A DNA stretch of 64,000 bases from Octopus bimaculoides (taxonomy: Eukaryota), in assembly GCF_001194135.2 (NCBI RefSeq), contig NC_068988.1, forward strand, positions 4,252,157-4,316,156, given 5' to 3'. The notes below the pieces were generated by a model. The model was not told the origin of the DNA. It saw only the letters and a list, made by a program, of their open reading frames with translations, and did not search any database. The translations under genes and the position numbers were made by a program. Every line of letters starts with the position of its first letter. Position 1 is the stretch's first letter. This document shows, piece after piece, positions 1-12,956 of this stretch.

Positions 1-1395
1 ATGGGAAGAATTTCTTTGAAGTGTAGAAATATAATAATTGGCAAGGTTGGAGGTGGGAGAGAAGTACACCATAATAATATACTTAGTCAGAATTTATATT
101 TTCTGTTCATTTACTTTTGCTTCAAGCAATTGTAGAACAATATGTATTGCTATATATTCTTCTGAGATACTGCACCAGAGAGAATTTTTGGACAGTATAT
201 GTTTCGTCATAATGATCTCGGGAAGTTTTTTTCCATTCAAAATTTGTTCCATTATTTATGAAGGCAGACAGACGTCTTTGTCATAACTCATTGGTTCCAG
301 TGAAGAATATGGTAAATAGCATATTTGTTGTTTGATTCTTTATTGTTACTACAAGATATATTTCTAAATGTCCAGCACAAAAAATATATTAAAAACAAAA
401 ATGAGTTTCTTGGATAGAGGTTTTTAATGGGTGCCAGTGTCAGGTGTTTGAGGTCCACCTGGTTAAATTAAATTTCTTTTGATGAAGCACAAGGGTTCTA
501 CACCTACAAGTACACTAGAAGCAATGTTTGTGGTCCTGAACTCTACCTCCAAGGGGTACCTACGTAAATGTAGATGGAGTTGTTTAAGAGTTAAGTTTCT
601 AGACCAAGAATACAATGCATGGTTAGAACTGAGATACAAATACCTATTTATGCATCTGTTTATGCTTTAATTGTAAATAAATATAAAACTTGTTTGTGAT
701 GTTGATCAAGTAAATATTTTAATGAATAATTCCTAATCAACTGGAATAAATATTGAGATGAGGTTTATTGAGGAAATAAAAACACTATTTAAAGGGATAT
801 TTTTATAAACATTGATCCTCGCAAAGCACACTTGCTTTGTTGAAAACAAAATTACAGGTTTCGGCAGAGCAAGATGTTTTTGTTTGGTAAATGATAAAGA
901 TAGCAACACATTATTATTACTGACTCCTATGCAATTGACACAGCACAATGAATTGCAGCTTTGTCAAGGTAGTTATTAATGTGTAAATTGCACTTGATAG
1001 CAGGAGACTGCACCGAGAGAAAATAGCAATCTTTGCTGGAATGTATTTAAATAGATTTATTGTTTGAGATACAGATATACAGAGGCTTTTTAATGCAAAG
1101 GATATTATAGATATCTTTAGATTCAATAATAATCAATATGTTAAGAAAAAAAATTAAACCCCTACAGATTTTGAAATGGTGCATTGCTGAAAGGATGGCT
1201 AAATGGAATTGTCATAGTTTTATGATTTCAAGGCAAGCCTATAGTCCAATCATGGCATTAGGTATTGTAGTATTATACCATACTGAATGGCATGATATTG
1301 TTATACTTTGTGCAGTTGAGGAGTTTGTTTCCCAACTACATGGTTTTAGGTTCAATCCCACTGCATGTTACCCTGGGTAAGTATCTTCTACTACA

Positions 1396-1443
<48 letters not shown>

Positions 1444-1929
1444 GCTTGAGACAGGCACACACTCAGACAGGCACACACACGCACACACAAGGTGACAGAG
1501 GTACACACACACATACACACACACACGCACATACATAAAAACACACAAACACATGAATATGCAGAATACATATGTACACACATACATATGCACACACACA
1601 TATACATGCATACACACACATATACATGCATACACACACATGCATACATACATGCATGCATGTATAGGAACACACACACACAAACACACATACACTGATC
1701 CACACACATGCACACAAACAAACAAAAAGGAATGCAGTGTGAGTAACGGACAGAGTCAAGACTATTGAAGAGGTTGCAAGATGCAACAAAAATTTTAGAA
1801 AAATAAAAAAGAAGTAAGTGGAAATTTTACCGGTGAGTGTGTTAAATTATCAAGCACCAAAAGAAAATGACTCTCCCCAGACACAAGAGAATATATATAT
1901 GGGAATGAGAAAGGAACAAAATACCTGTC

Positions 1930-2239
1930 ACCTTGCTGCACTCAAGAAGACTCGTTCTCTACAGCAGAAGCGTCAAGGCCAGTTTCCCTGGTGTAGAGGA
2001 TTGACCTACAAGAGTCTTGTGCTGATACCACGTGAAAAGCACTCATACCAGTACCACATTAGAAGCACCCACCACACACTATATTATGTGGTTGGCATTA
2101 GGAAGGGCATCCAGTCATAGAAGCTATAGCAAATCAGACTGGAGCCTGATGCAGCTCTCCAGCTTGCAAACTCAAGGCAAATCATCCAACCCATGCCAGC
2201 ATGGACAATGGACGTTAAATGATGATGATGATGACAATG

Positions 2240-2240
<1 letters not shown>
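1930..2240 (+). mobile_element. RTE-type LINE 3' UTR/tail fragment ending in (GAT)n
   Basis: Shares the block ...gtggttggcattaggaagggcatccag...catgccagcatgga...gacgttaaatgatgatgat with the RT-bearing copy at 50809-51687. Confidence 0.65.
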
Positions 2241-2313
<73 letters not shown>

Positions 2314-2696
2314 AATGTTAAATGACACAGGTATGGAACACTTAATTTAAGACTCTGAGTTATTTAGCAGCAATACATTTTGCCCTGCATCAGCTTCTAC
2401 AAGTTAATCCATGCTTTTATATGGGAGCAAACAGTGTTGGTGAAAGCCAAAGGTTGCACGCACACACCTACAGCTTCCACCAATGGAGATTGTTCCCATA
2501 TCGAGTATGCATTAAACTTGCAAATGGTGATGCAGTGCAGCAGTGCATTAAATTGCTACTCAGAAACTCAAAATCTTTACTGTAAGTGTTCCATTCCTGT
2601 ATCATTTTATAAATTCTATAAAAAGATACTTTTGGTGTTACACACATAGTTTGTTGATATATATATATGTATATATATATATAGAGAGAGAGAGAG

Positions 2697-3309
2697 AGAA
2701 TGTAAATAAGTAACAAGGATGTACAGGTGTCAATACAATTCCGCTGTTTCAAGTGCTTCCATTTAATTGATCATTGAAAACATTACATCAATTTGAAAGA
2801 AACTGCTCTCTTCAGACACAGATGGCTATTTAAGATTTCAGACATAAAGGATAAACCATTTGTAACAATTTTACATCAATAATAGAAAGCCAAATAATTA
2901 CATTGTTTCTTTATGTAATATCTGTGACAGAATGAGTTAAGAAAGTAATGCACATCTTATTAAGCTTTCTATAATTTAGAGAGTAGCAGAGGAAAAAAAT
3001 TGTTGTGGGTCACTATTTTGTTAATCTCTAAATTATAGACAGCTTAATAGATATGCATTACTTTCTTAACTCATTCTGTCACAGATATTACATAAAGAAA
3101 CAATGTAATTATTTTGCTTTCTATTATTGATGTAAATTTGTTACAAATAGTTTATCCTTTATGTCTGAAATCTTAAATAGCCATCTGTGTCTGAAGAGAG
3201 CAGTTTCTTTCAAATTGATGTAATGTTTTCAATGATCAATTAAAGGGAAGCACTTGAAACAGCTGTAATGTATTGACACCTGTACATCCTTGTTACTTAT
3301 TTACATTCT
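2697..3309. repeat. Long foldback element: ~286-bp arms (2697-2982 / 3025-3309), 42-bp spacer
   Basis: Right arm is the reverse complement of the left, with about 10 differences by manual alignment. Confidence 0.95.
3186..3272 (+). ncRNA. Candidate type-I hammerhead ribozyme in the foldback right arm
   Basis: CUGAAGA 3191-3197; long imperfect stem II; GAAA 3256-3259; palindromic stem III ACAGCUGU; cleavage triplet GUA. Stem I is weak (5 bp, 3 G-U). Confidence 0.4.
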
Positions 3310-3395
3310 GTTCACCTAACTTGGAGTTGTGCAGACTGTACCGAACTGGCAAGGTGCCTCAGCTTGAGTACTTAATTTAACTGAATCTTAATTAT

Positions 3396-3435
<40 letters not shown>

Positions 3436-4164
3436 CGAATGTTTGTATCTCCTTGTCTTATAATCAGAAGACCGTTCTCTATGAATGTCATTCTCTTCCA
3501 GGCTTCTGTCAAACAGATGTCTGGCCATGAAAAAGTATTACTTTGCTTAGAAACTGGTAAGAATTGATAACAGGAAGGGCATCCAACCATGAAAATCTTG
3601 CTTAATAAGCTACAACCATGTAGGCATGCAAAGTGGATGCTAAAATGATTATAATTATTGGTAAATTAATAGATATTCCTTTAATGAACATCATATATCT
3701 CTGGCCTCATATGTGAATCATCCTTAATTTTGGTCCTTTGGTCCCTCGCCTGCTTAGTCTATAATTGTCCTGCTCAGCTTCTCTCCAACCTTTTTAGTTG
3801 AGAGTGGATATCAAGGTCACTAACTGAGTCCTAGAACTGCTCAACTATTTAGCCTTTAATCCTAGAGTTTCCAAACTTTTCTTCTGTATGGAACTAGAAT
3901 TCACATACGCTGCAAACCCTCATAAACAATGACCACTCATCTGTAAAATATTTCTTTCACCACAACCATGCAGTATCTCCTTTCTCAAACTAAAGTTAAA
4001 TTCTCTCTTTAAGCTGGTTACTTTCTTTCTTGAAAATTCCACCTACAGTTTAACAAAGTACCAATAAAGATCAAGATGGACCCTAATTATTTTAACCTCT
4101 TTGAAGAATGCAATTGTGTCTACCTAATACTTCAGATCTTCCCCCAAGTCAAACAGTTGTTATT

Positions 4165-4196
<32 letters not shown>

Positions 4197-5152
4197 TGTA
4201 TGTATGTATGTATGTATGTATGTATGAATGTATACATACATGCATACATCCCTTATTTCTCAGAGTCACTTCACTCAGCAGGGAAGAAATTACCTATTTT
4301 ATCTCAGACTTCAAAAATTACCTTCTTGTATTGATTTCCCATCCACTTACTTCCATCATTCATTCACTTATCTTGATTCATTAATTTCTATTCATATCAT
4401 CTATTTTCTCATCTTTATTTACTTCAAACTCTCTGATTTTTCTCTCTGTGAATATCTTCTCCCTATCTCTAATAACATTCAAAGGTTCTCCAAAACAATG
4501 GCCCAACATTTTATTCTACAAGCCACCTGTTACTCTCCCAGACTGTAACACTGCCTTCTAGCAACAATTGTCACACATCCACAGACTTAAAAACATATTT
4601 TTCTACTTCTCTCTTGTACAACTACTATCCTTCATGGAATGTAAAGTAGTACCACTCTCTATAAATACTTATATATTACCTAACCTAACCATTTCATAGT
4701 ACTGCCACCTTTGATGTTTCTCTGTCCATTAATGTAGTCCTATCACCTATCATTTTTCTCTGACTCTTTTCTTACAGTATATTCTTTTTCATTATACTTT
4801 TTCATTACTCTCTCCTTTCCCACCTCATTTTTTGTTCTATTTGTATGTACATGTTATGTTACGCATATATATATGTATATGTACAGATACTTATATATTT
4901 GCACATGAGTATATTTACGTATTCACAGAGAGAATATATCAGTATGTGAGTACCTACTCAAAAGAGAGAAAAGAGAGAGAGAGAGAGAGAAAGCGTTCCC
5001 TCAAGTCAACATCTTTACGATTGATTAAAAGTGTGATTAACAATATGCATGGTATTGCACCCACAAAAGTTGCTGAATTATAAGGGAGAGTAAGTTGCCT
5101 CTTCCATTTGTAGACACCTAGGGAAAGTGTTAACAAAACTGTAGCCACCCAT

Positions 5153-5209
5153 ACCTGGGAAATGGTGAAGACATTGGCAGCAGGACCAACAAGGTGGAGG
5201 AGTTCTTGA
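5153..5209 (+). pseudogene. Possible extreme C-terminal relic of an RTE-clade ORF
   Basis: Translates TWEMVKTLAAGPTRWRSS*, resembling the W..(I/V)K.LA.DR.RWR end of RTE ORFs. Confidence 0.3.
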
Positions 5210-6324
5210 CTAATAGTTTGAAGGTTACTAAGGCTAAGTGGAGGATCTGTACCATCAGACAACAGTTGGACATCAACTAGTAAGTTGCTACTACAGAGCA
5301 AGCCCATCATTGACTATGCTCATTGCACTCTTGTACACCAATTGGTATTTGGTATGGAGGCCCAGAGAGGTAGCCTAGAGGGAGTGCAATGTCAACTGTC
5401 TTATTGACCATCCATAGTAATTTTGTTCTGAACAGAAAAGTCAATGTCAAAGTACAGTAGACAACTGACAATGATTAAAGAATGGAAGGTAAGGAAGGGT
5501 CAGCCAACCAGCCAACCAGCCAGCCAGCCTGCCAGCCAGCCAACCAGGTTGTGGTATGGAAGCCAATACATGACCATCAGAGGAAAGGCAATCCTATGCC
5601 AACATGCATTAGTGTTCTTGATGATACAGAAGTGGAAATTTCTGATGAGTTAACAAAATGTGTGGAAGATTGAAATAAGTAGAAGAGCCACTGGCAGACT
5701 GATTTGATTTGCGATTGACCTAAATAAATATGACCTATTCATCTCGCTTTATGTAGTCATTTGTGTTTTGTTAATTTATTGTAAAAGAGTACATCTAAAT
5801 AAAAACAAATAAGAGTACAAATATTACATCTAAAAAAGAAAAAAATTTCATTTACTCTGGAGATGTTGAGGTGATTAGAGAAACAGGGAAACAGAGATAT
5901 TATTTTTGGAGACCAGCCATTTTTAAAAAACTTGTAGATTGTTGATTTAATTTCTTTTTTTCTTTTGGTACCATGAGAAAACAAGGAAAATCAGCTTGAG
6001 GACATATTCTCCAACAAAGGCACCATGGCAAAATACAATTCGATATTGTAAGTAACTCTGTAGAGTTGCTCCACCTGCTAAAAATAGCAGCTAGTTTCAG
6101 AGAGAAGAGAGAGAGAGAGAGAGAGAGCATTCCCTCAAGTCAACAGCTTTACAATTGATTAAAAGGGAGAGTAAGTTACCCATTCTGTCCAGGATGCATG
6201 GAATAATATTGTCCAATATAATAAGATGGGAAGGTCATGTCATGGCTGGGCTACAATTGATTTTAAGTCAGTTCAAACAAGACTGACCTAAAATTATACA
6301 AGAACAACAATGGAACATTGATTT

Positions 6325-6540
6325 TAAATTTTCGAATTTTGGCACAAAGCCAGTAAGTTTGGGGGAGGGGGATGAATCAATTACATCCACCCTAGTGTTC
6401 AACTGGTACTTATTTTATCGATCTCAAAAGGTTGAAAGGCAAAGTCAACCTCAGCAGAATTTGAACTCAGAGCATAAAGATGGACAAGATGCCATGAAGC
6501 ATTTTTCCTGGTGTTCTAATGGTTCTGCCAGCCTTAATTA
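6325..6540 (-). mobile_element. tRNA-derived SINE, family B (ggcggtgagctggcagaatc... head)
   Basis: Reverse complement matches copies at 8431, 28619, 55480. Confidence 0.75.
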
Positions 6541-7348
6541 GAAGAACAATGGAACATCAATATTTAATAGTAACATCATCAAATAATTGACAGCTATTTC
6601 TTTAAGTTACAGTGTTGGGTTCAATTCCTGTCATAAATATAATTCAGTGATGGATCTACTTCACAGGGTTACATGGATGAGAGGAATCTCATGAAAGAAT
6701 ATTCAGTTTTCGGTGATGGTATATTGATCCCTTGCATTAAAGAACATTCCCTACCCTCCTATTCAGGTACAATGGTGTTGTCTTGATATAACATTGGGAT
6801 TAATTTCATAGACAAGAATTTCAATCTGTGAAAGGATGTATTTAATATTTCTATTAATATACAGAGAAATATGGTGAAACTGCAGTGTGAATTTGTTAAC
6901 TTTATTATTCCAAACTAATTGATCTTCTCCGCCTTCTGATCTCATGTCAGATATAAGTTTAGTAATGAGATAACACTGAAATCATTGCTTAAATGCCCAG
7001 AGCTTAGCTAATGACAAGCGAAACAATATGGCCTTTTCTAGACAACACTGATATTTCCCAAATGTTTTCGAAAGTTGCAAAATTTGATTCTAAATTCTCG
7101 AAACATTCCATTGATGAAATACTCAGCACATTGAAGATAACATCTGCTTTTGATATCAGAAAATCTCTCATTGTACTTACAAGACATATTATTTTGAAAA
7201 GCGCACAAATTCTTTTGTGAATACGGCATAACTAGGATGAGCATTCTGGTTGCCTCTCCTAACTCATTTTATGCCCGGACTATCACTAAATCTTAGAATT
7301 GGTTAATTATGTTGATTGTAGAAGAATACATTTTCTTTATTTCTTCAG

Positions 7349-7375
7349 TTATTCATATCAGTCCATCATGCAGTG
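7349..7375 (+). other. Candidate 27-nt exon
   Basis: ttttctttatttcttcag| acceptor and G|gtaagt donor. Confidence 0.45.
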
Positions 7376-8430
7376 GTAAGTGATGAGAGCAATTGATACA
7401 ATATAGCACGAACAACAGTTGTGGTTATGTCATTTAGTAAGCTATAGAAAGTCTTAATACTTCTGTGAGGAATTTGATTAAAAGATCTTCAGATATAAAC
7501 TAGAAAGAAAGAAAATGGAATTAAACATTGAAAGCAATTAATGCACAGAGAAATGAAGAGTGGAATGCTTTTCAGATATAAACCTTTTGATAGAATTGTA
7601 TGCAGTTGGCCTTAAAAATAACTTCTTCAATTAAGCGAACTTGTATTTTATTGCTTATTTAGTTACAAGTTATTAATTTATGTAAAACATCCCAAAATAT
7701 TCTCTCTCATATTCTTACCAAACAAACTGTGACCGATTTCAAAATACGAGAATACAAATCAGTAAGAGAAAAATAAATGAATTCAAAATTGTACCAAAAC
7801 AGTTCTACACATAATTCTTGTTTAAAATCCTTCATTATAAATACGCTTAAGTAATTTTTTGTTTCTCCTTATTTTCTTAATCAATTTAGTGTCTTCATAG
7901 CCACCTGTCCATCACAACCACAACCCTTTCTGTTAGGTAATCTTGTTTTGGTTCAACAATAAATAATAATAATAAAGTAACTTGTTTGTGACCTAAGCAC
8001 ATATTCCTTCTTTACTATTATGTTGTTCCTTGTACTTCTGATAGAGAGATATGGCTTCTACTGAGACAAAGATTACTCAATATGAAGAACAACAACTGCA
8101 AAAATAAAACTGCTATGGCAGAAAGAGCTATTTTGAGAATTGCTGCCATGACAAATATACCCACTCAGTTCTTTTGATGGTTAATAATATAAAGGGTATA
8201 AAATCCCAGATAAAGTATGAATACTGAAATTCTTTCTGAAAAAAAAAAAAAAAAAGAGACATTAGACCCGTCCAGACCATGCAAGTATGGAAGAAAAGTG
8301 GACATTAAAACTATTTAGTTCTCAGTTTGCAACTTCTGCTCATCAAAAAGAATAAAATTGTGTGTGCATATATATATATATATATATACATGTGTGTGTT
8401 CACACACATATTGATATTTGTTCCATCCAA

Positions 8431-8620
8431 GGTGTTGAGCTGGCAAAATCATTACTAGACTGGAAAAAATGCATAGCAGCATTTTTTCTGTCTTTACATT
8501 CTGATTTCAAATGCCACCAGAGTCAATGAAATATGTACCAGTTGAGTACTGGGGTCGCTGTAATCGACTTTCATCTCCTCCCCCATTATTCCTGGCCTTG
8601 TACCAAAATTTGAAACCAAT
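8431..8620 (+). mobile_element. SINE family B
   Basis: gagctggcaaaatcatta... head and gtaccagttgagtactggggtc core shared with other copies. Confidence 0.75.
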
Positions 8621-8696
8621 ATTTATTTCATTCTTTTCAGTTGTGTTTGATGTGCAGAATCAAAGCTACTGTAAACCATTGCAAGTTGATCAATGT

Positions 8697-8755
8697 CCAT
8701 TATTTACGTTATTTACATTGGACAGATATTTGTCCTCATTTTGTTTGTTGTTGTT

Positions 8756-8814
<59 letters not shown>

Positions 8815-9008
8815 CAACAGGAAAAATACTTTAGGAATGACAGCCCAGGTTCGAAATTCTCCCAGGACACTTGATGAAGGCTGAGAGTACATAAGCTGAA
8901 ACATTGTGTTAACAACAAACAAGATGAGTACAAATATCCATGAAATGTAAATAATGTAAATAACGTAAATGATGTACATAATTCCTTATCTCTCAAATGT
9001 AGAACTAT
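8697..9008. mobile_element. Internally deleted copy of the palindromic tRNA/hammerhead element
   Basis: Left-arm end joined via (TTG)n/(AAT)n to the right arm of the 12534-13011 family; degenerate HHR at 8866-8910 (UUGAUGA, GAAACAUU); flanking TT(G/T)ATCAATGT repeats at 8686-8696 and 9009-9019. Confidence 0.85.
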
Positions 9009-9841
9009 TTTATCAATGTTGTTTGCAAACCCACTCACCTGTATATTTGTAGTTGGATAGGAATCTTTCATTCTTATGTAGCTCCAACCATGAAATTTAA
9101 AAGGAATTTTAACTCAGAACCTTAACAGTCAGAAGAGATATAACTCAAAACAACTAATCCAATATTTTGGACTAGTCTACCAATCAACTTCCCTCAATTC
9201 TACTTTATTTATTAACTCCAACATGATGAAAGGTAAAATTGGCCTTGATTGGATTTGAAATCAGATTGCAGGGATCCAGAACAAATGATATCATTCTACT
9301 GAACATTATAATAACTCCGCCAATATAGATGAATTTATGTTCATTTCCTTGTATATATACACAACAGACTAAAAACTGATATTGTTGTTTATATTGTATT
9401 TCATAACTTAACATTTTGACAAATAGAAATCTCTTAAACCAACAGGTGAGATTGAAATAAGAACTGGGGTCAGACAAAACACTGCAAAATATTTTGGACA
9501 GTCAGACTACCAGTAAATGAATGGAATTGGTAAAAAAGTGATATACTAATAAGATTAATTCACTCAACTATAAATGTCTTCTGTAAAAGATAAGATGAAT
9601 ACATAATTAACAAAAATTAATATTGTATTTTAATAAGTTTAACATAGAAGAATAAAACTTTGCTTAACATAAAATAGAGTTTAGTAAAGTTTTAACATAG
9701 AAAGTAAAAGTAAAAGATATTCTCTAAAAAGAAGTTTATTATCATATCTTATCTTTATTATCATCTGTTTATCATGAAATCTCGTCAGTCTTGAATATCA
9801 AATGTTAATGAAATTAATTGTATTCTTCTGTGTTTTTATAG

Positions 9842-9882
9842 TTTTGGCTTAGATACGACATTAGTAAAATAATTCAAGTTTG
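9842..9882 (+). other. Candidate 41-nt exon
   Basis: tattcttctgtgtttttatag| acceptor and TG|gtaagt donor; only one frame open (FWLRYDISKIIQV). Confidence 0.45.
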
Positions 9883-10393
9883 GTAAGTTTGAATATTTCA
9901 GTGGTGACCTACTAAGATGTCAATTTGAAGAGTGTATTGATAATGTTAAGACAGATAGATTCTCATAAAACCATGAAAACTAAAAATGAAGAGATATATC
10001 ACAGAAGAGAAAGGAAAAATAAAATACAATAAAAAAATTAAAAAGAAAAGTAATGATAAATGAAAATTGATTTCTGTAGTGAGTGAAACAAGACTTCAAC
10101 ACTTCCTTTTTATTACTATTGTCATCTAGAAGCTATTTGAAGTGTTATCAAGATAGAAAATTGTAGAAGATGATGTCAAAAAATAAAAACCAATATACCA
10201 CCCCACCTAATAGCAATAAATTAAAAAAAAAAAAAAGAAATTAAACAGACATCTCTTTATTTTCAATGGCTCTGCTGTTCTCTTGCTCTGCACGTTTTGC
10301 AATGCTTTTCTTTATCACTTGTCAATATTGCTTCATGACTTCTGAACAAGCTATTGTTGAAGGCTGCACTTGAAAACGAAAATCTCTTTCTAG

Positions 10394-10413
10394 CATCTAC
10401 ACTCTTAAATCAG
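10394..10413 (+). other. Candidate 20-nt exon
   Basis: atctctttctag| acceptor and CAG|gtaaaa donor. Confidence 0.3.
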
Positions 10414-10698
10414 GTAAAACATTCTTTACTATTTGGCTCCAAAACACAACTCTGATACTGAATACGCTACACACACACACACACACGCACACATATATAT
10501 ACAGGCATTGTATACTAGTGTGTAAGAGAGTGTAATGGTTTTTGTGAATATAGAAAACTGATAGCAGACTAGTAATTTTTTTTTTTTTTTTCAGCTATTA
10601 ATCTCATGTTTTGTATTGCCTATCAATGAAGACGTCATTTTTGTATTGTCATCTCTTCTCATGCAATGGTTTTTCACTTATGTATTATTTTGTTTCAG

Positions 10699-10772
10699 AT
10701 ATAATTGAACCTACACCCTTTACTTCTGTTGTCGCTGTATCATGGCTGATCGCTCTAATGTAATCCTGTTTT
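10699..10772 (+). other. Candidate 74-nt exon containing an ATG in good context (10742)
   Basis: tattattttgtttcag| acceptor, T|gtaagt donor; atcATGG has A at -3 and G at +4. Confidence 0.5.
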
Positions 10773-11070
10773 GTAAGTCTTCAATTTTTTTTTTTTTTAT
10801 CATAACATTTAAGTAATGATCACTAAACTTAGCCCTAATGGCTTCTACCACACTAAGAGCTACTAATATCAGTTGTTGTATTACCTAAACTTTACTTTTC
10901 GTGAATTCATCTTCATTATAATCTCATTATAATCTCAACTATATTTCATCTACAACGGAGCTAAAAAGAGATTTATGGTTGGGTAAGCTGATAAATACAA
11001 CTGCTATAAAGTAATAACATTATTTGAATATTTTATATGGTTGTATAAATATGTGTGTGTGTATGAGTGA

Positions 11071-11149
<79 letters not shown>

Positions 11150-11517
11150 TATATACATATTTATATTTATATTTACGGGTTAATATTTATATTACTTCCT
11201 AATGTATTAACGTACATATGTGTGTGTACGTGTGTTTGTGTGGGTATATATATATTCCTTCCATATCAGCTATCTCTTATGAGCATAAGGTTATATAATC
11301 GGATTGTTACCTAACACTCCATTGTATCCCAAGTGCAAAACCGATTGGTAATATCAGCCATGATGGATAGTTAATACTGTACATTTATTTTCCTTTGCCA
11401 AATAAACACATGCACTATATATTTGTCAAATGTGACAAATGTAGAGAAGAAATTAGCAGTTAGAACACACAAAATAACAGTTTGTGATGATTTTTCAGCT
11501 CCAATAAAACATTATAT

Positions 11518-11900
11518 TTTACTTGTTTCACTCATTGGACTGTGGCCATGCTGAAGCAGTGCCTTGAAGGATTTACTCAAATAAATTGATAACAGTATAT
11601 ATTTATTAAGTCTAGTACTTATTCTATCAGTCTTTTCTTGCCAAACCACTAAGTTACAGGGACATAAACAAACCAGCACCAGTTATCCAGTGGTAGTGGA
11701 GTGACAAACATCAACACACACACACATATATATTTAAGGCAGGCTTACACATAGTTTCTGTCTACCAAATTTACTTGCAAGGGAGTGATTGGCTTGGGGC
11801 CAGTCGAAGACACTTGCCCAAAGTGTCATAATGTGGGACAGAACCTGAAACAATGCGATTGCAAATCAAGCTTCTTAACTGCACAGCCATGTCTGCATCT
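11518..11900 (-). mobile_element. SINE family A (tRNA-like head + microsatellite + tail)
   Basis: Head matches 35455 and tail matches 22501/37180 in reverse. Confidence 0.8.
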
Positions 11901-12613
11901 ATTTCATACATACTTAAGTGTGTGTGTGTGTGTGTGTGTATGATATATGTTATGTGTATAAATATAAATTTATATATACACGCACACATGAACATATAAA
12001 CGTGTGTATGAGATGTTTATCTTTAATAAATATCTTTTGAATTCAGGATTATATTCTTGTTTTACCATTTTTTGTTTTTCATATTTCCTTCCCTGTCCTT
12101 TGTGTTTTGTCATGAAATTCACAAATTTCATGTTTATATCCGCTACTGTAAATAATATCATTCTTCAGTTTATTATTGAGAAGCTGGCAGACTTATGGTT
12201 TGTAACAAAGAAATGCTTAATTAATTATTTTTTCCTACTAATATGTTATTGAATTTTGTTTATGAAGGTGTGAATGTTGGAGTTCTATTTTTGATGTGTT
12301 TTTGACTGTGAAATACATGAATGGATTCAGCTCAATGGTTTAGCACCAGAACAGCTCTGACTTAGCTGACCTATAATCAGAAATATTCCATCTATGATGA
12401 TCCCTTCTTTTATTAAGGCACCAAGTATCTATGTCATCCAATGCAGCCTTGATATTAGTTTGTTTCAGATAGTTGTGTAAGATTTAACCTGTTTTTAACC
12501 ATATTTCTGTTGGAATACACTACTTTTGTTTCATACGGTTCCATATCTAAGAGATGAAGAATTATGTACATTATTTACAATTGACGGCTATTTGTCCTCA
12601 TCTTGTTTGTTGT

Positions 12614-12657
12614 AAACACGTTTCAGCTGATATACCCTCCAGCCCTCATCAGGTGTC
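12614..12657 (-). ncRNA. Degenerate hammerhead (left arm)
   Basis: Minus strand GACAC-CUGAUGA-G-GGCUG...CAGCU-GAAACGUGUUU; small deletion at the cleavage site/stem I relative to the right arm. Confidence 0.55.
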
Positions 12658-12736
12658 TTGGGGAAATGTCGAACCTGGGTTCTCATTCCTAAGGTGTTTT
12701 TTGATGTTATTATTATTATTATTATTATTATAATGC

Positions 12737-12802
12737 AGGTCTCTGCCTGGAATCGAACTTGGAATCAATAGCTCGTGCTCTTAACCACTATGCCATATGC
12801 CC
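12737..12802 (-). promoter_or_regulatory. tRNA-like head with Pol III A and B boxes
   Basis: Minus strand GGGCATATGGCATAGTGGTTAAGAGC...AAGTTCGATTCCAGG; the + arm copy (12805-12843) has an internal deletion between the boxes. Confidence 0.75.
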
Positions 12803-12910
12803 GTGGACATATGGCATAGTGGTTCGATTTCAGGCAGTGACCTGAATAATAATAATAATAACATCGAAAAATACCTTAGGAATGTGAACCCAGGTTCAAA
12901 ATTTCCCTAA

Positions 12911-12956
12911 GACACCTGATGAAGGCTGGTGGGTATATTGGCCGAAACGTTGTGTT
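12911..12956 (+). ncRNA. Minimal type-I hammerhead ribozyme (PLE type)
   Basis: Stem I GACAC/GUGUU; core CUGAUGA (12916-12922) plus extra A; stem II GGCUGG/UUGGCC; GAAA 12944-12947; palindromic stem III ACGU; predicted cleavage after U12951 (GUU). Confidence 0.8.

Noticed and set aside
7011-7220. 69-aa non-repetitive ORF MTSETIWPFL...
   Set aside because: No recognisable motif or convincing splice sites
9223-9302. C/D box-like pair ATGATGA...CTGA
   Set aside because: Lies within a decayed SINE and has no terminal stem
10266-10413. MALLFSCS...AIVEGCT*KRK, resembling the SELENOF AILEVCGUK motif with TGA at 10371
   Set aside because: No Cys-rich N-domain, no thioredoxin-like continuation and no SECIS seen; most likely coincidence
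12737-12843. tRNA genes
   Set aside because: These and other SINE heads have A/B boxes but cannot form a full cloverleaf; they are retroposon heads
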